This document shows, one piece after another, positions 10,853 to 24,234 of a stretch of DNA of 64,000 nucleotides. The first letter of the stretch is position 1. The number at the start of each line of letters is the position of its first letter. Origin of the DNA: Chrysemys picta bellii. Lineage: Eukaryota. Under the pieces are notes generated by a model. The model saw only the letters and a list, made by a program, of their open reading frames with translations, was not told the origin of the DNA and ran no database searches. A program made the position numbers and the translations under genes. The stretch covers positions 86,428,001-86,492,000 of the forward strand of contig NC_088791.1 of the NCBI RefSeq assembly GCF_011386835.1. Reading direction: 5' to 3'.

Positions 10853-13058
10853 AAAAGATATTACCTCATCCACCTTGTCCCTCTAATGGGAGAAGCAGAC
10901 AGTTATGGTAAATCTAAACAAAGGAATACCGATGAGCAGAGCACCTCTCATTAAAGTACATGAACTGGATGCATTATATCACGGTGCTAAGTTTAACGAT
11001 GCTGTCAGTTAAAGAGAGGAAGCAATTGCTATAACCTAAACACACTAAACTACAATTAAAGTATAGCTTTGCAGATATATAACTAGCCACTGTGAAAACA
11101 GCCTTATGCCAACATGCCTACACATATCTAATTAAAATACTTCCTTAATTAAGTACTTATAATTTATCTGTTTTCTGCCATTGAGGAGGGAGGATATTAA
11201 CAGCTTTGGAGGAAGACTGCTTTGCCAAAGCTGCAACCATATGGCAGCAAACAGAGAAAAGGGCCAGTCCAACAAGTCTTCCTTCATACAAAGAAAGTTT
11301 GATATCTTTTAAGCCAAATTCTAGCAGAATTTACGAGCAGAAGCACCCTGGAGGAAGGGAAGAGTCCATGTTTGAGTATTGGTATCCCATTATTTAGCAA
11401 GTGCAGAACAGATGGGGGAAGGAGAGGAAGCTGGACTCCTAGCTTCTGGGAAGCATGGGTCTGAAAAGCTCACCTACAGGCTACAGTCTTATAGAATGTA
11501 GCATGAGCTCTTCTTGCTCTCATTCAGCTTCTTTGGCCATAGTCCCACCCTCACACTCCATTCCTTCCCAATGGGAGAACCTAGTGCTGCTATCTCCACT
11601 TTACTCCCCCACTCCTTGTGCTCAAGAATGTGTTTGGTCCCTGCAGAGTGGAAAGGTGGCTTGTTGCCATCTTTCCTCACCTGCAGCACACCCATTTGAC
11701 TAGGAGCAATCCAGACTTTTAAAAAAGAATAGTGTGTGCTATTCTAAACACCCACAGCCTAACTCTGGCAGGTGCAAACGATAGTGGGGAAATTTGGCTA
11801 TGGATATGCCTTTTTGCAGTAAGGAGCACCACCTAGTACATTAGCCAGCCAAGAAGTTTAATGCTCAAGGGGAAGATGCCTCTTGTATGGGTACATGGAA
11901 TATGAGAGAGAGGCTTCCTGCACCATTTCACACCCTCTTTCAATATATCTAGGCAGGAGCAAACACAATAACACTTATGATTATTAAACTGCAAATGAAC
12001 CACAACCTCTGAGACCTATTCTACACACGTAGGTCCCTCAAATGTCCAAGTGGACCCCAAGATGATTGGGAGTGCCAAACACTCAGTGGGGCCACTGTAC
12101 AACTGAGGTGCTAAAGGAGCACTCAGGGAACACAAGGCTGTGGCAGAGTAGCTAGATGAATTCTTTGCATCGGTCTTCACTGCAGAGGATGTGAGGGAGA
12201 ATCTCACACCTGAGCCATTCTTTTTAAGTGACAAATCCAAGTAACTGTCCCAGATTGAGGTATAGAGGACATTTTGGAACAAAGCAATAAATAAAACCGT
12301 AATAAGTCAGCAGGACCAGATGGTATTCACCCAAGAGTTCTGAAAGAACTGAAATATGAAATTTCGGAACTGCTAACTGTAGTATGTAACCTATTGCTTA
12401 AATCAGCCTCTGTACCAGATGACTATTGATAGGTAATGTGATGCTGATTTTTAAAAAAGGCTCCAGAGGCAGTCCTTCTAATTACAGGCTGGTAAGTCTA
12501 ACTTCAGAACCAGGCAAGATGGTTGAAACTATAGTAAAGAACAGAATTATCAGATATATACATAAATATGGCATTTGTAAAGGGAAATCATGCCTCACCA
12601 ATCTATTAGAATTCTTTGAGGGGGTCAACAAGCATGTGGACATGGGTGATCCAGTGGACACAGCATATTTCAACTTTCAGAAAACCTCTGATAAGGTCCC
12701 TCACCAAAGACTCTTAAGCAAAGTAAGCAGTCATGGGATAAGAGGGAAGGTCCTCTCATGGATCAATAACTGGTTAAAAGATAGGAAACAAAGGGTAGGA
12801 ATAAATGGTCAGTTTTCAGAGTGGAGAGTGGTAAATAGTAGGGACCCCCAAAGATCTGTACTGGGACCAGTGCTGTTCAACATATTCATAAAAGATCTGA
12901 AAAAGGGTTAAACAATGAGATGGCAAAGTTGGCAGTTTATACAATATTATGCAAGATAGATAAGTCCAAAGCAGACTACGAAGAGTTACAATGGGATATC
13001 ACAAAACTGGGTAACAGAGGGTCCTGTGGCACCTTTAAGACTAACAGAAGTATTGGGA

Positions 13059-13099
13059 GCATAAGCTTTCGTGGGTAAGAACCTCACTTCATCAGATGC
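13059..13099 (-). ncRNA. Minimal hammerhead ribozyme motif, canonical CUGAUGA core, same strand as ANKS1B
   Basis: Minus strand reads gcat-ctgatga-agtgaggttcttacccac-gaaagctt-atgc. Confidence 0.72.
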
Positions 13100-13536
13100 A
13101 AGTAATGGAAATCTCCAGAGGCAGGTATAAATCAGTATGAAGAAAACGAGGTTAGTTCAATCAGGGAGGGTGAGGTGCTCTGCTAGCAGTTGAGGTGTGA
13201 ACACCAAGGGAGGAGAAACTGCTTCTGTAGTTGGAAAGCCATTCACAGTCTTTGTTTAATCCTGATCTGATGGTGTCAAATTTGCAAATGAACTGGAGCT
13301 CAGCAGTTTCTCTTTGGAGTCTGGTCCTGAAGTTTTTTTGCTGTAAGATGGCTACCTTTACATCTGCTATTGTGTGGCCAGGGAGATTGAAGTGTTCTCC
13401 TACAGGTTTTTGTATATTGCCATTCCTGATATCTGACTTGTGTCCATTTATCCTCTTGCATAGTGACTGTCCAGTTTGGCCAATGTACATAGCAGAGGGG
13501 AATTGCTGGCATATGATGGCATATATAACATTGGTT

Positions 13537-14842
13537 TTATCCTCACGCACAATTATTTCAAATTTGGTGACAATATATACCTCCAGACCAGTGGCACCGC
13601 TATGGGCACCCGCATGGCCCCACAATATGCCAACATTTTTATGGCTGACCTGGAACAACGCTTCCTCAGCTCTCGTCCATTCATGCCCCTCCTCTACCTA
13701 TGCTACATTGATGACATCTTCATCATCTGGACCCATGGGAAGGAGACCCTGGAAGAATTCCACCATGATTTCAACAGCTTCCACCCCACCATCAACCTCA
13801 GCCGGACCAATCTATACAGGAGGTCCACTTCCTAGACACCACTGTACAAATAAGCGATGGCCACATTAACACCACCCTATACCGAAAACCCACCGACCGC
13901 TACGCCTACCTTCATGCTTCCAGCTTCCACCCCAGTCACACCACACGATCCATCGTCTACAGCCAAGCACTGAGGTACAATCGCATCTGCTCCAACCCCT
14001 CAGACAGAGACCAACACCTACAAGATCTTCACCAAGCATTCTCAAAACTACGATACCCACACAAGGAAATAAAGAAACAAATCAACAGAGCCAGACATGT
14101 ACCCAGAAGCCTCCTGCTACAAGACAGGCCCAAAAAAGAAACCAACAGAACTCCACTGGCCATCACCTACAGTCCTCAGTTTAAACCTCTCCAACGCATC
14201 ATCAGTGATCTACAACCCATCCTGGACAATGATCCCTCACTTTCACAGACCTTGGGAGGCAGGCCAGTCCTCGCCCACAGACAACCCGCCAACCTTAAGC
14301 ATATTCTCACCAGCAACCACGCACCGCACCATAACAACTCTAACTCAGGAACCAACCCATGCAACAAACCTCGATGCCAACTCTGCCCACATATCTACAC
14401 CAGCAACACCATCACAGGACCTAACCAGATCAGCTACAACATCACCGGCTCATTCACCTGCACGTCCACCAATGTTATATATGCCATCATATGCCAGCAA
14501 TGCCCCTCCGCTATGTACATTGGCCAAACTGGACAGTCACTATGCAAGGGGATAAATGGACACAAGTCAGATATCAGGAATGGCAATATACAAAAACCTG
14601 TAGGAGAACACTTCAACCTCCCTGGCCACACAATAGCAGATGTAAAGGTAGCCATCTTACAGCAAAAAAACTTCAGGACCAGACTCCAAAGAGAAACTGC
14701 TGAGCTCCAGTTCATTTGCAAATTTGACACCATCAGATCAGGATTAAACAAAGACTGTGAATGGCTTTCCAACTACAGAAGCAGTTTCTCCTCCCTTGGT
14801 GTTCACACCTCAACTGCTAGCAGAGCACCTCACCCTCCCTGA
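13537..14842 (+). pseudogene. Penelope RT (C-terminal part) plus GIY-YIG endonuclease, frameshifted near 13803
   Basis: GTAMGTRMAPQYANIFM and YIDDIFIIW (RT); LYRKPTD and HPSHTTRSIVYSQALRYNRICS; CNKPRCQLC...MYIGQTGQSL...GHKSDIR (GIY-YIG). Confidence 0.93.
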
Positions 14843-14903
14843 TTGAACTAACCTCATTATCTCCATACTGATTTATACCTGCCTCTGGAGACTTCCATTA
14901 CTT

Positions 14904-14944
14904 GCATCTGAAGAAGTGAGTTTCTTACCCACGAAAGCTTATGC
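14904..14944 (+). ncRNA. Minimal hammerhead ribozyme motif (CUGAAGA core)
   Basis: gcat-ctgaaga-agtgagtttcttacccac-gaaagctt-atgc in the pLTR. Confidence 0.72.
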
Positions 14945-17094
14945 TCCCAATACTTCTGTTAGTCTTAAAGGTGCCACAGGACCCTCTGTTGCTTTTTACA
15001 GATTCAGACTAACACGGCTACCCCTCTGATACTTGACAAAACTGGGTGACAGGGCAACACAAAGACAGATGAAATACAATGTTGATAAATGCAAAGAAAT
15101 GAAGAAGAAAGATTTTGGAGTCATCATGGATAGTTCTCTGAAAACATCTGCTCAATGTGCAGTCATAGTAAAAAAAAAAGCAAACAGAATGTTAGGAAGC
15201 ACAAGTAAAGGAATAAATATTAAGATGGAAAATATCGTAATGCCACTAGATGAATCCATGGTACACCCAGACCTTGAATACTGCATGCAGTTATGTTTGC
15301 TCCATCTCAAAAAAAGATAATAGAATTGGAAAAAAAATAGAGAAAGGCAACAAAAATGATTACTGGTATGGAACAGCATCCATATGAGGAAAGATTTAAA
15401 AAGGCTGGGATTGGTCATCTTAGAAAAGAGACGACTAACGGGGGATATGATAGAGGTCTATAAAATCATGAATGGTGTGAAGAAAGTGAATATGGAAATG
15501 TTATTTACCCCTTTCACCTAACACAAGAACCAGAAGTCACCCAATGAAATTAATAGGCAACAGGTTTAAAACAAACAGAAGGAAGTACTTCTTCACACGA
15601 CATACAGTCAACCTGTGGATCTCAGTGCCACGGGATGTTCTGAAGGCTAAAACCATAACTGAGTTAAAAAAAATAGATAAGTTCATGGAGGATAGGTCCA
15701 TCAATGGTATTAGCCAAGATGGTCAGGGACGCAACCCCATGCTCCGCGTGTCCCCAAATCTCAGATTGCCAGAAACTGGGATTGGATGGCAGGGGATTGA
15801 TTACTTTATAAACTGCCCTGTTCTGTTCCTTCCCTCTGAAGCATCTGGCACCAGACACTGTTGGAAGACAGGATACTAGGTTATATGGACCACTGGTCTG
15901 ACCCTCTATGGCTATTCTTATGTTCTTCAAACTTGCTTTGATGTGGAACCATCCAGGATTAGCCTAACTCATCACTCATTTAAATACTAGATCCCTGAAG
16001 CCTTCTAATTTCTAGTATGATGTACTTCCTATTCCTTGTGTTCAAGAATCATTTCTCCCCAAAGTGGCTAAGTCTCTTAGTTATTCCCTTTCAAGTAACT
16101 TTCAGAAATAAACAAACTCTGAGCCCCATATATCTGCATTGCTGCTGGGCAACCATGAATCTCTCATTAATCTGGAAACACTACTCTGCACTCTTTGAAA
16201 GAAAAAATTATGTAGAAAAATGTGCGTATAATCAGGCAAAAGAAAATGTGAATTTGAACTTTATTATTAATTATTATTATTATTTTACAGGGAAGTGCGG
16301 ATGGCTGATATTTCAGCTTATTTGCTTTTCTAAAGACTTGCAGGATGTATATTACTAATCAAATTTAAGTGTCTTGTCTGCCAAAAATAAAAAACAGCTG
16401 TTTAGTTGATTAAACTCCACCTCTAGATTGGCTGCAGTTAACTCACGTTATCATAATAATCATCACAGCGCAGATTTATATTTAGCCATTCAATGCAAAT
16501 CATATATTTCATACACAAAAATATCATTCAATGAAAGTGAGATACTATGCAATATCAAAAACCTTTTCATACTTGTTAAACCAAGTGTATGTGTGTGTAA
16601 ATTTCATTTAACTGCTGTCTCTACTAACATATATTGAAAATACCATATCATATTAATAAATGAAGACAAATAAAAATGAAGTGTACCATTTCATATTACA
16701 TTTCAGAGTGTATATTATTTGAATGTTTATTGATTGTTAAATTAAATTACTAGAAAAGAAAACTGATGTTTCCTGAAAATTATACAAAATAACCTATCCA
16801 CTTTTAAACAAATGAACGTAACATTTGTAGAAATCTTTCTGACTTCTACAGTGAACTCAAATAGTAATTCATCATTTTCAGTCTGCATCTCTATAACTCT
16901 CTTACAAAGATATTTAAATAAAACTACAGGAGATTTGCTATATCTATGAAATTTAGAAAATTCACTATTTTAAAATATGAGATTATATAAAACAATTGTC
17001 ACTTAGTATTATATTAATTTTCCTATATAAATATAGGCTTGAGCTGTATTCAGTGCAGGATCTGGGAGTGGGAGAGGAAAGACATGATGGCTTT

Positions 17095-17175
17095 CTTCTA
17101 CCTTTGTGCATGACTTGAACTTGGGTCTCTTACAACGTTCTAGGTGAGTGCCCTAACTACAAAGCTGTAGAGTCT
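17095..17175 (-). mobile_element. Degraded tRNA-derived SINE head
   Basis: Minus strand gtagttagggcactcacc...gacccaagttcaagtc has A/B-box-like spacing. Confidence 0.45.
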
Positions 17176-17234
17176 TATTCCCACACTCTATCCACTGCTG
17201 TAAAGCTTATAAGGAAAACAGCTGCAACACCACG

Positions 17235-17471
17235 TCTTCCTCCAGCTGTTTTGGGAATTCTTTGCTTTGTTCTTGTCAAAACACCTGAAAATCTAAATTT
17301 TTGGGGTCAAAACAAAACATTTCAGTTTGACATTACTGAAAAAATTTGACTTTTTTGGTTCAGCTCAAACATCTGGCAAACTCGACACTAATCTGCAAAA
17401 AGTTTCAGTCAACCTGAAACTGCATTGTTTGATGAATAAACTATTTGTCTGAACATTTTCACTCATCTCTA
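17235..17471. mobile_element. Second copy of the TAGAGCTGG-ended AT-rich repeat family
   Basis: Ends aacattttcactcatctcta. Interior resembles 100-511. Confidence 0.4.
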
Positions 17472-17479
17472 ATTATTTA

Positions 17480-17760
17480 TTATTTGTATCAGAGGGATAA
17501 ATACCAGGGAGGGAGAGCACCAATGTTGACACAAGAACAAATTCATATAAACTAGCCATCAACAAATTTAGGCTTGAAATTAGACAAAGATTTCTAAATG
17601 TCAGAGGAGTAAAGTTCTGGAACAGCCTTCCATGGAGAGCAGAGGGGGCAAAAAACCTACCTGGCTTCAAGACTGAGCATGATAAGTTTAAGGAGGTGAT
17701 GGTATGATGAAACTGCCTATGACATGTGGCTGATCTGCAACTGCTAACAGCTGGTGATGG
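17480..17760 (+). mobile_element. CR1 3' fragment
   Basis: aaatttaggcttgaaattagacaaagatttcta...ttctggaacagccttcc (CR1 ORF2 C-terminus, FWNSLP). Confidence 0.8.
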
Positions 17761-19089
17761 GACATTAGATGGAGAAAGCTCTCAGTTACTGCAGAGAATT
17801 CTTATAAAGTGAAAATTGTAATGGTGATGCTGTTTGTAGCAAGCTCTGAAAGAGACTGGCACTTCTTTAAAGGGAGCTTCGTTTGCATTAAAGATGGTTA
17901 GATTAGAAAAATATAGTCTTACTTTGTTCATTTGTATACTTCTGATGGAATTATATAATGGAGCTCAGCTGAACTTACACTGATAAAGAAAAGGTGGTAC
18001 AGGAAATGCTGAGTTGTCAGCCAGCTGCAAACTGAAAGGAAGGAAGCTGAGACCCACAGAGGCTCTTTTGGAACAGAAGAGTGAACAACACAGTAGATCT
18101 CCTGCCAGTTGAAAGGGCTGGAGAACCAAATGTCACATGTGAGTGTCAGGAAAGAGTATGGAACATAATAGCCACTGATAAGGCATAAAGCACATGTGCT
18201 CGATGGCTAGAATTATTGGGAGGCTTACCTGACAGTTTAAAAAAAAATCACAGGGAAAATGAATGTCTGGTCACAAGAAGTGATGGGGGCCTATCTGCAT
18301 ATAATGAAGTTATGTAACCTTATGTGCCTTTTAGCATTTCTTTTGTTGTTCCCTTTCCCCTAGCCCCCCCACCCCCATCCCTTTTCTTGTGTTTCTTCAT
18401 ATTGAGGCTCTGATTTTGGTTGAGGTCTCTGAGTGCTACTATAGTCCAAACTAATAACAATCATTGTCATCCTGGCTGGAGAAGCCTTACCATGGCGTAA
18501 GAAACAATTCATTGTCTAGAGGTCCTCTACCCATAATTCTGCTTAAGAGCAATACAAATTCTAGAAAGTCAGCACAACATGCCTTTTCAGTCTCTCTTAA
18601 TTTCACCTTCCTGGTTTTCCCACCATACTGATCATTCTCTTCCAGAAACAAATCTGCATGTGCCATATACTTTTTTGTAACCATATTTGCATTCAAGTCT
18701 GTTATTTTCCCAGATTTCCTTTTTACTGACTAGCAATTACTTCTGCCTAATTAATAAACTGCATAGTCTTCTCTAGTATAAACACCAGTATTGCTCCATG
18801 AAATAGCTAGCTATTGGAATACTCTGTTTTATTTTACCTAAATGATAAAATGCATAATCCCCGCCCAATACAGGCACGTGTTACGCCATGAAAGAGCTAA
18901 TGGGGATTTTCCAACAGTGGTGTGGCACCAAGTTCTTTCCCAAAGATCAAATTACTCCCCATGCAACTTTTTCTTCCACCAGCATTGGGAGTTGAAATGA
19001 TAATTTCTAAAAATCTGATCTCTCAGCTCAGTAACATAGATTTATACTGACATGTCAACATGGTAGCTACGACTTAGATACCTCAGGTT

Positions 19090-19327
19090 TGTCTATACTA
19101 GGAAAAGTTTGAAAAATTTCCCACTGTTGCTAACACCAGTTTCTGACTGTCAGCACAAGCTGTCAGGACCATTTTCGGTAGTGTCGAAGATTTGCTTCAA
19201 GCAGGGTTAGATAACATAGTGCTTAAAACAGCGTCACCAGCTGGTTGGCTGTCTACACTAGGGATCCCAACATTGACAACAAAGACTCATCTGAATGAGT
19301 TTTAAAATTTTTCCCTATTGAAGACAA
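19090..19327. mobile_element. Harbinger-like MITE (gtctacac-type TIR)
   Basis: ttgtctatactaggaaaagttt versus aatttttccctattgaagacaa (imperfect TIR). Internal gtctacactagg. Confidence 0.55.
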
Positions 19328-19587
19328 TAACTTTTTCTCTGCTAAGGTTTCAAAACAACATTAATGATTCCAATATGCCATTTACAGTGATGATTCTGGA
19401 ATAGCTGGCATACTGCATCTGTGAAAGTGAATGAAATGAATTCTGTCCACTGGTATTAAAATAAATATAAGATGATTTCAACATATTGGGTTACTTAGCA
19501 GAATTCTGTCACCAATTTTCCTAGGGGTCCTAAAAGCAAGCTTATTAAGCAATATTTAGAAAAGAAAAGAAAGATTTTCTTTCTTAC

Positions 19588-19660
19588 CTGCAGTATCATC
19601 ATTCATCTCCTCTAGCCCAGTGTTAATTCCAGCATCTATGGAACTCATTATTTTATCAAT
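19588..19660 (-). CDS. ANKS1B: ANKS1B coding exon (73 bp) immediately upstream of the first SAM-domain exon
   Basis: ctttctcttttgcag|ATTGATAAA...GATACTGCAG|gtaagaaag gives IDKIMSSIDAGINTGLEEMNDDTA plus 1 nt. Matches recalled human IDKIMSSIDVGINNELKEMNGETT. Its phase-0 start fits the 24235 donor. Confidence 0.96.
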
Positions 19661-19974
19661 CTGCAAAAGAGAAAGCAGGAAAAATATCTCAAACTTATCT
19701 ATTGTATTTTATTACAATTTTTCAAGCAGAGAAACTAGGGCATTATTATTGTTATAAAAAACAATAATACAATCATGAAGATCGCAAAGAAAAATGTAAA
19801 GGCCAACTTCTTCACAGTTGAATTTTTATTTTTCCTTTTTATTTTCCTATTCACAAACTCCTATTCACATATAACCGTATCAGTATATTTTCAACTACTT
19901 TGTCATACTTTAGATGTATGTAATATAAATAATGAATAAGTTAAGATATATAAATGGTGACAATTTAGCGTAAC

Positions 19975-20258
19975 AAACAGAAGGCTAAGAGGTGAATTGA
20001 TCACAGTTTATAAGAACAAAAATTTGATAATAGACTCCTCAGTGTAGCAGACAAAGGGATAACAAGATCCAATTCAGACTGGAAATAAGACAGTTTTTGA
20101 GCACTGAGAATAATTAACCATTTGGATCAACTTTCCAAGATGTGTTTTTTTCTAAATGATATGTTTTTGGAATTATTTTGGAGAAATTCTCTGGCTTGTG
20201 TTATACAGGAGGTCAGACTAGATGAACCCAATAGCCCCTTTTGCCTTTATAATCTATG
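19975..20258 (+). mobile_element. CR1 3' fragment
   Basis: aggctaagaggtgaattgatcacagttt...caggaggtcagactagatga...taatctatgaa. Confidence 0.8.
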
Positions 20259-20952
20259 AAATGGGAACTTAATTTGTAGGCTGCAATGAAGCACCAAGTT
20301 GTTTGATAATGTTTGTAAACCATTAGTGCACTATACAAACAGCAATGCTAATTGTTAGTCCATGACACCCATTATAGGCTATTGGCTCCTCAGCTGTCAC
20401 CTCTCTTGCGTGGAGACCTGCCTCTCTTTCCCACTTCACTGTGGCTATTCCAGACTGTACAGTTCCTTGCCTACACTGTGATATTCTCAGCAAGCCAGAA
20501 TGCCTAAAGAGGCCAGCATCTGTGCTTTGTTTTCTCTCTGAAGGCTTATGAACAGTGTAATTGACAGTGGTTATAAATCACCTCATGGACCTGTATAAAT
20601 AAGCACAGGTATTCTTAAGGTAAAAAGCATTACACAGAAAACATAAAAACAATAAAAAAATCCCTGCCCCACAATGATATGTAAACTTAATACAGTAAGA
20701 TCTCCCAAAGATATTGCAGGAAATTGACATATCTGTCACACTAATGGATAGAGATATTGGTTTGGGTTATTAAGCATCACCTTGCTTGTTCATTTAAAAT
20801 TGTAGGGTAATTTTCTGAATCCTCTATTTGTTTGTTTTTCCAAGCCTACTGATGGAAAATATAATTGTGCTGTGGCGTGATATGAGTTGTGAGGCCATAT
20901 TGCATTCCTTGCAAGATGCCTTTGCACATTTGTTAATTTGTAAGTTTTTACT

Positions 20953-22140
20953 AGTTTCATAGATTCCAAGGCCAGAGGGACCACTGTGATCCTGTAGTCT
21001 GACTTCCTGTATAACACAAGCCAGAGAATTTCTCCAAAATAATTCCAAAAACATATCATTTAGAAAAAAAAAATCCAATGTTGATTTAAAAATTGCCAGT
21101 GATGGCAATCCTTGGTTAATTGTTCCACTGATTAATTATTCTCACTGTTAAAAAAATGCCTTATTACCAGTCTCAGTTTGTCTAGCTTCAGATTCCAGCC
21201 ACTGGATTGTTTTATAGATTTCTCTGCTAGACTGAAAATCCCATTATTAAATATGTGTTCACTATGTTGGTACTTATAGACTGTAACAATCTTTTCTTTG
21301 TTAAGCTAAATAGTCTGAGCTCCTTGCATCTATCACTATAGGGTATGTTCTTTAGTCCTTTAATCATTCTCGTGACTCTTCTCTGAACCCTCTCCAATTT
21401 ATCAACATCCTTCTTGAATTGTGGGCACCAGAACTGGACATAGTATTCCAGCAGTAAAATAACCTCTCTACTCCTATGTGAAATTCCCCTATTTATGCAT
21501 CCAATTATTGCATTAGCTCTTTGGGCCACAGCATTGCACTGGGAGTTCATGTTCAGCTGACTATCCACCATAACCTCAAAATCTTTTTCGGAGACACTGT
21601 TTCCCAGAATAGAGTCCCCTATCCTGTAAATATGGCCTACATTCTTTGTTCCTACATGTATATATTCAGCAGTATTAAAGCACACCTTGTTTGCTTGTGC
21701 CCAATTTACCAAGCAATCCAGATCACTATGTATAAGTGACCTGTCATCTTTATTATTTACCACTCCCCAATTTTTATGTCATCTGCAAATCTTATCAGTG
21801 ATGATTTTATATTTTCTTTCAGATCATTGATAAAAATGTTAAAGGGCATAGAGCCACGACCCAGACCCCACTAGAAACACGCCTGCTAAATGACATTTTG
21901 AGATCTATCAGTTAGCCAGCTTTTAATCCATTTAATGTGTTCCATTTTAATTTTAAATTGTTGTTGTTTTTAAAACAAAATGTCATGCAGCACCAAGTCA
22001 AACCCCTTGCAGAAGTATATTACATCAACATTATTACCTATCTCAACCACACTTGTAATCTCATAAAAAAGAGACATCAAGTTAGTTTGACAAGATCTAT
22101 TTTTAATAAACTCATGTTGATTTTGATTAACTATATACCC
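20953..22140 (-). mobile_element. CR1 LINE 3' portion
   Basis: ORF 21227-21763 (EKDFEVMVDSQLNMNSQC, YVQFWCPQFKKDVDKLERVQRR). 3' end ttcatagattccaaggcc at ~20953. Confidence 0.92.
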
Positions 22141-22734
22141 TCCTTGAATTCTTTATTAATTTAATCCTATATTCTTCCCCCTGCCCCCTTCCAAGAAAGA
22201 CCATAAAATAAAAGGGGGTCCAAGGGCTGGCATGGTACAATAAGTGAGAAAGCATGAAGACAATAAGTAAAAAGTGTTTGGAAATAGAATAATTTTTTGT
22301 TTATTTGTTCATATATTTAATGTTAGGAAAGAAGAGTTCTACTTTTTCCTATGTGATAATACCAGTGACAGGAGAAAAATCAGAGTGATGATATAAAAAT
22401 CCCAGCATCTGCAATTTTAGAACCTACACAATTTTTGGTAAATGAAGTTTTCATTTTTAAAGGGTCAAATTTTGATCTCAGTAACTTCATGACTTCCCTA
22501 AAATGTATACCAGTGACTGAGATTACAATGTGACTTTAAGCATCTTTTCATTGAGAAGATATAGCCTTGACAATTCAAGCCACCTTGTTGGGACCCTATT
22601 AAATCAGCTGTAAAAGTGACCTGCAATAACCTTTTTAAAAATTGAGTTTTTTTCTGAGACAAAAGGAACGTGTGAAAGTTTTGGGGTTCTTTTCAATTTT
22701 TTTTGGTCTTTTTAATATTTTTAAATACCCTGGA

Positions 22735-22905
22735 GCTTGTCTCCACTGGAGTTAGTTCATGTAGTAGCATTACAGTGCAAACAGTGAGGGTAGATGATAG
22801 AGGTGCACTGGTGTAAAAAATGACCTGCCCCAGAAAATGGCTCAGCCCAGTTTCAAACCCTTGTATGCAAAAGAAGCAAACAAAACCTGAACGTAGACAA
22901 GCTTT
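22735..22905. mobile_element. Harbinger-like MITE
   Basis: TIR gcttgtctccact / acgtagacaagc. Confidence 0.5.
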
Positions 22906-24234
22906 AGAATATCTATCTCTGTTGTCCTTGGTTTTACTAGAGAAGCTAATGGGTATCTCTGAGGGTATGCAATGTTAGTTTTTACATTTTAATTGAAAAG
23001 AAGTGGTGGCATAACTTTAACTAAAATGTTCTCTCTCTATAATGTTAGTCAGTCATTGACATCAAATAGGTGATAACATTATTTTTAAAAGAATCTTTAA
23101 ACAGGGACTAAAAGGCCTCCCCCTCTCAACTGCTAAGTTTTCACCCTCTTGAATCTTGTGATATCATCACTTTACTAGTCATTAGAGAAGCTTCCAGGAA
23201 AGATAGGACATAAATTTCTAATTTTGAAAAACAAGTGTAAAAAATAAACCAAACCAAACCCCCAAGCCCCTCCACACCTTTCATGCCTTCTTTATAGGTC
23301 ATTAATTGGGGGACGTATGTGTTGGGAGAGATACTACCCTTAAAGAAAGGTGACTGCAGCTACACAACAGTTGCAAAATGGCAAATGTCCCCCTCTCCCA
23401 ACTCATTCACCACAATAAGATGGGAACTTCAGTGTCTACTGGGGACAATTTATATGCTTAACATTTGGCACAGCAGTAAGGAAAAAACTCAATTAGAGTA
23501 ACGACGTTATAAAAATATTGAAAACTTTAAACCAAATTCTGAAACTACAGAAAAATGTCCTTCAAACGCATCACAAAAGCAGCATTAACGCATACCCACA
23601 TCCCAAATCAAAACAGCCCCAGGAACAGCTCCCCTCCAACACCCCTCATTCCTGTAAGGACTAGGAATATATGAAGTGCTGTGTACAAGGGCAATTGAAT
23701 GTCAGAGGATGTGTTTATACATCAAGGGCTTGTGAAAACTCAACATGTTTTGTTCCACTTAAAGTGGGATCTACAGATTTTTCATATCTGCCATTTTCTA
23801 TTGTCCTCTGTGGGCATTCACTGGTGCCCTAAAGAGGCTAATGGAAATAATCAACAAGCATAGAAATAGCAACAAGGAGCAGCAATGTGAAGGTATTTTA
23901 TCAGGTTTATAAATTCCAGTAGTGAAGAGGTTTAGTAGGATATAATATGTGCTTTCTCCTGAACAACACAGAAAGTTACAGGATTACTTCTGGGTTGATT
24001 TAATTTCCTATGGAAACAATAGACTCCACTAAGTGTTTGGCACTGAGAGCAAAAGTGTATTCCATTTTGTCCCAGCTGTCAAACCACTATGTATTACCCC
24101 ACAATACACATTCCCTGAGGATTTGTTGTTGGGCATATTCACTTCATAATTTCTTCCCCCAGTAACTTTGATAAGAGAATAGTTTCTTCACAATTTTATG
24201 CATTTGTTTGTGTGTAAAGTGATCAAAGACTTAC

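Larger units (their letters stand above)
13013..15035 (+). mobile_element. Penelope-like (Neptune-type) retroelement, 5'-truncated, with 523-bp inverted 5' arm
   Basis: 13013-13535 is the reverse complement of 14468-14990 with no indels and a few substitutions. A 45-nt unique tail follows. TSD acaaaactgggt at 13001-13012 and 15036-15047. Confidence 0.95.
12085..15927 (+). mobile_element. CR1 LINE, 5'-truncated, split by the Penelope insertion at 13013-15035
   Basis: RT motifs NYRLVSLTS, GKSCLTNLLEFFE, PQRSVLGPVLFNIFI left of the insertion. It resumes at acaaaactgggt (15036) and ends gctattcttatgttctt. Confidence 0.93.
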
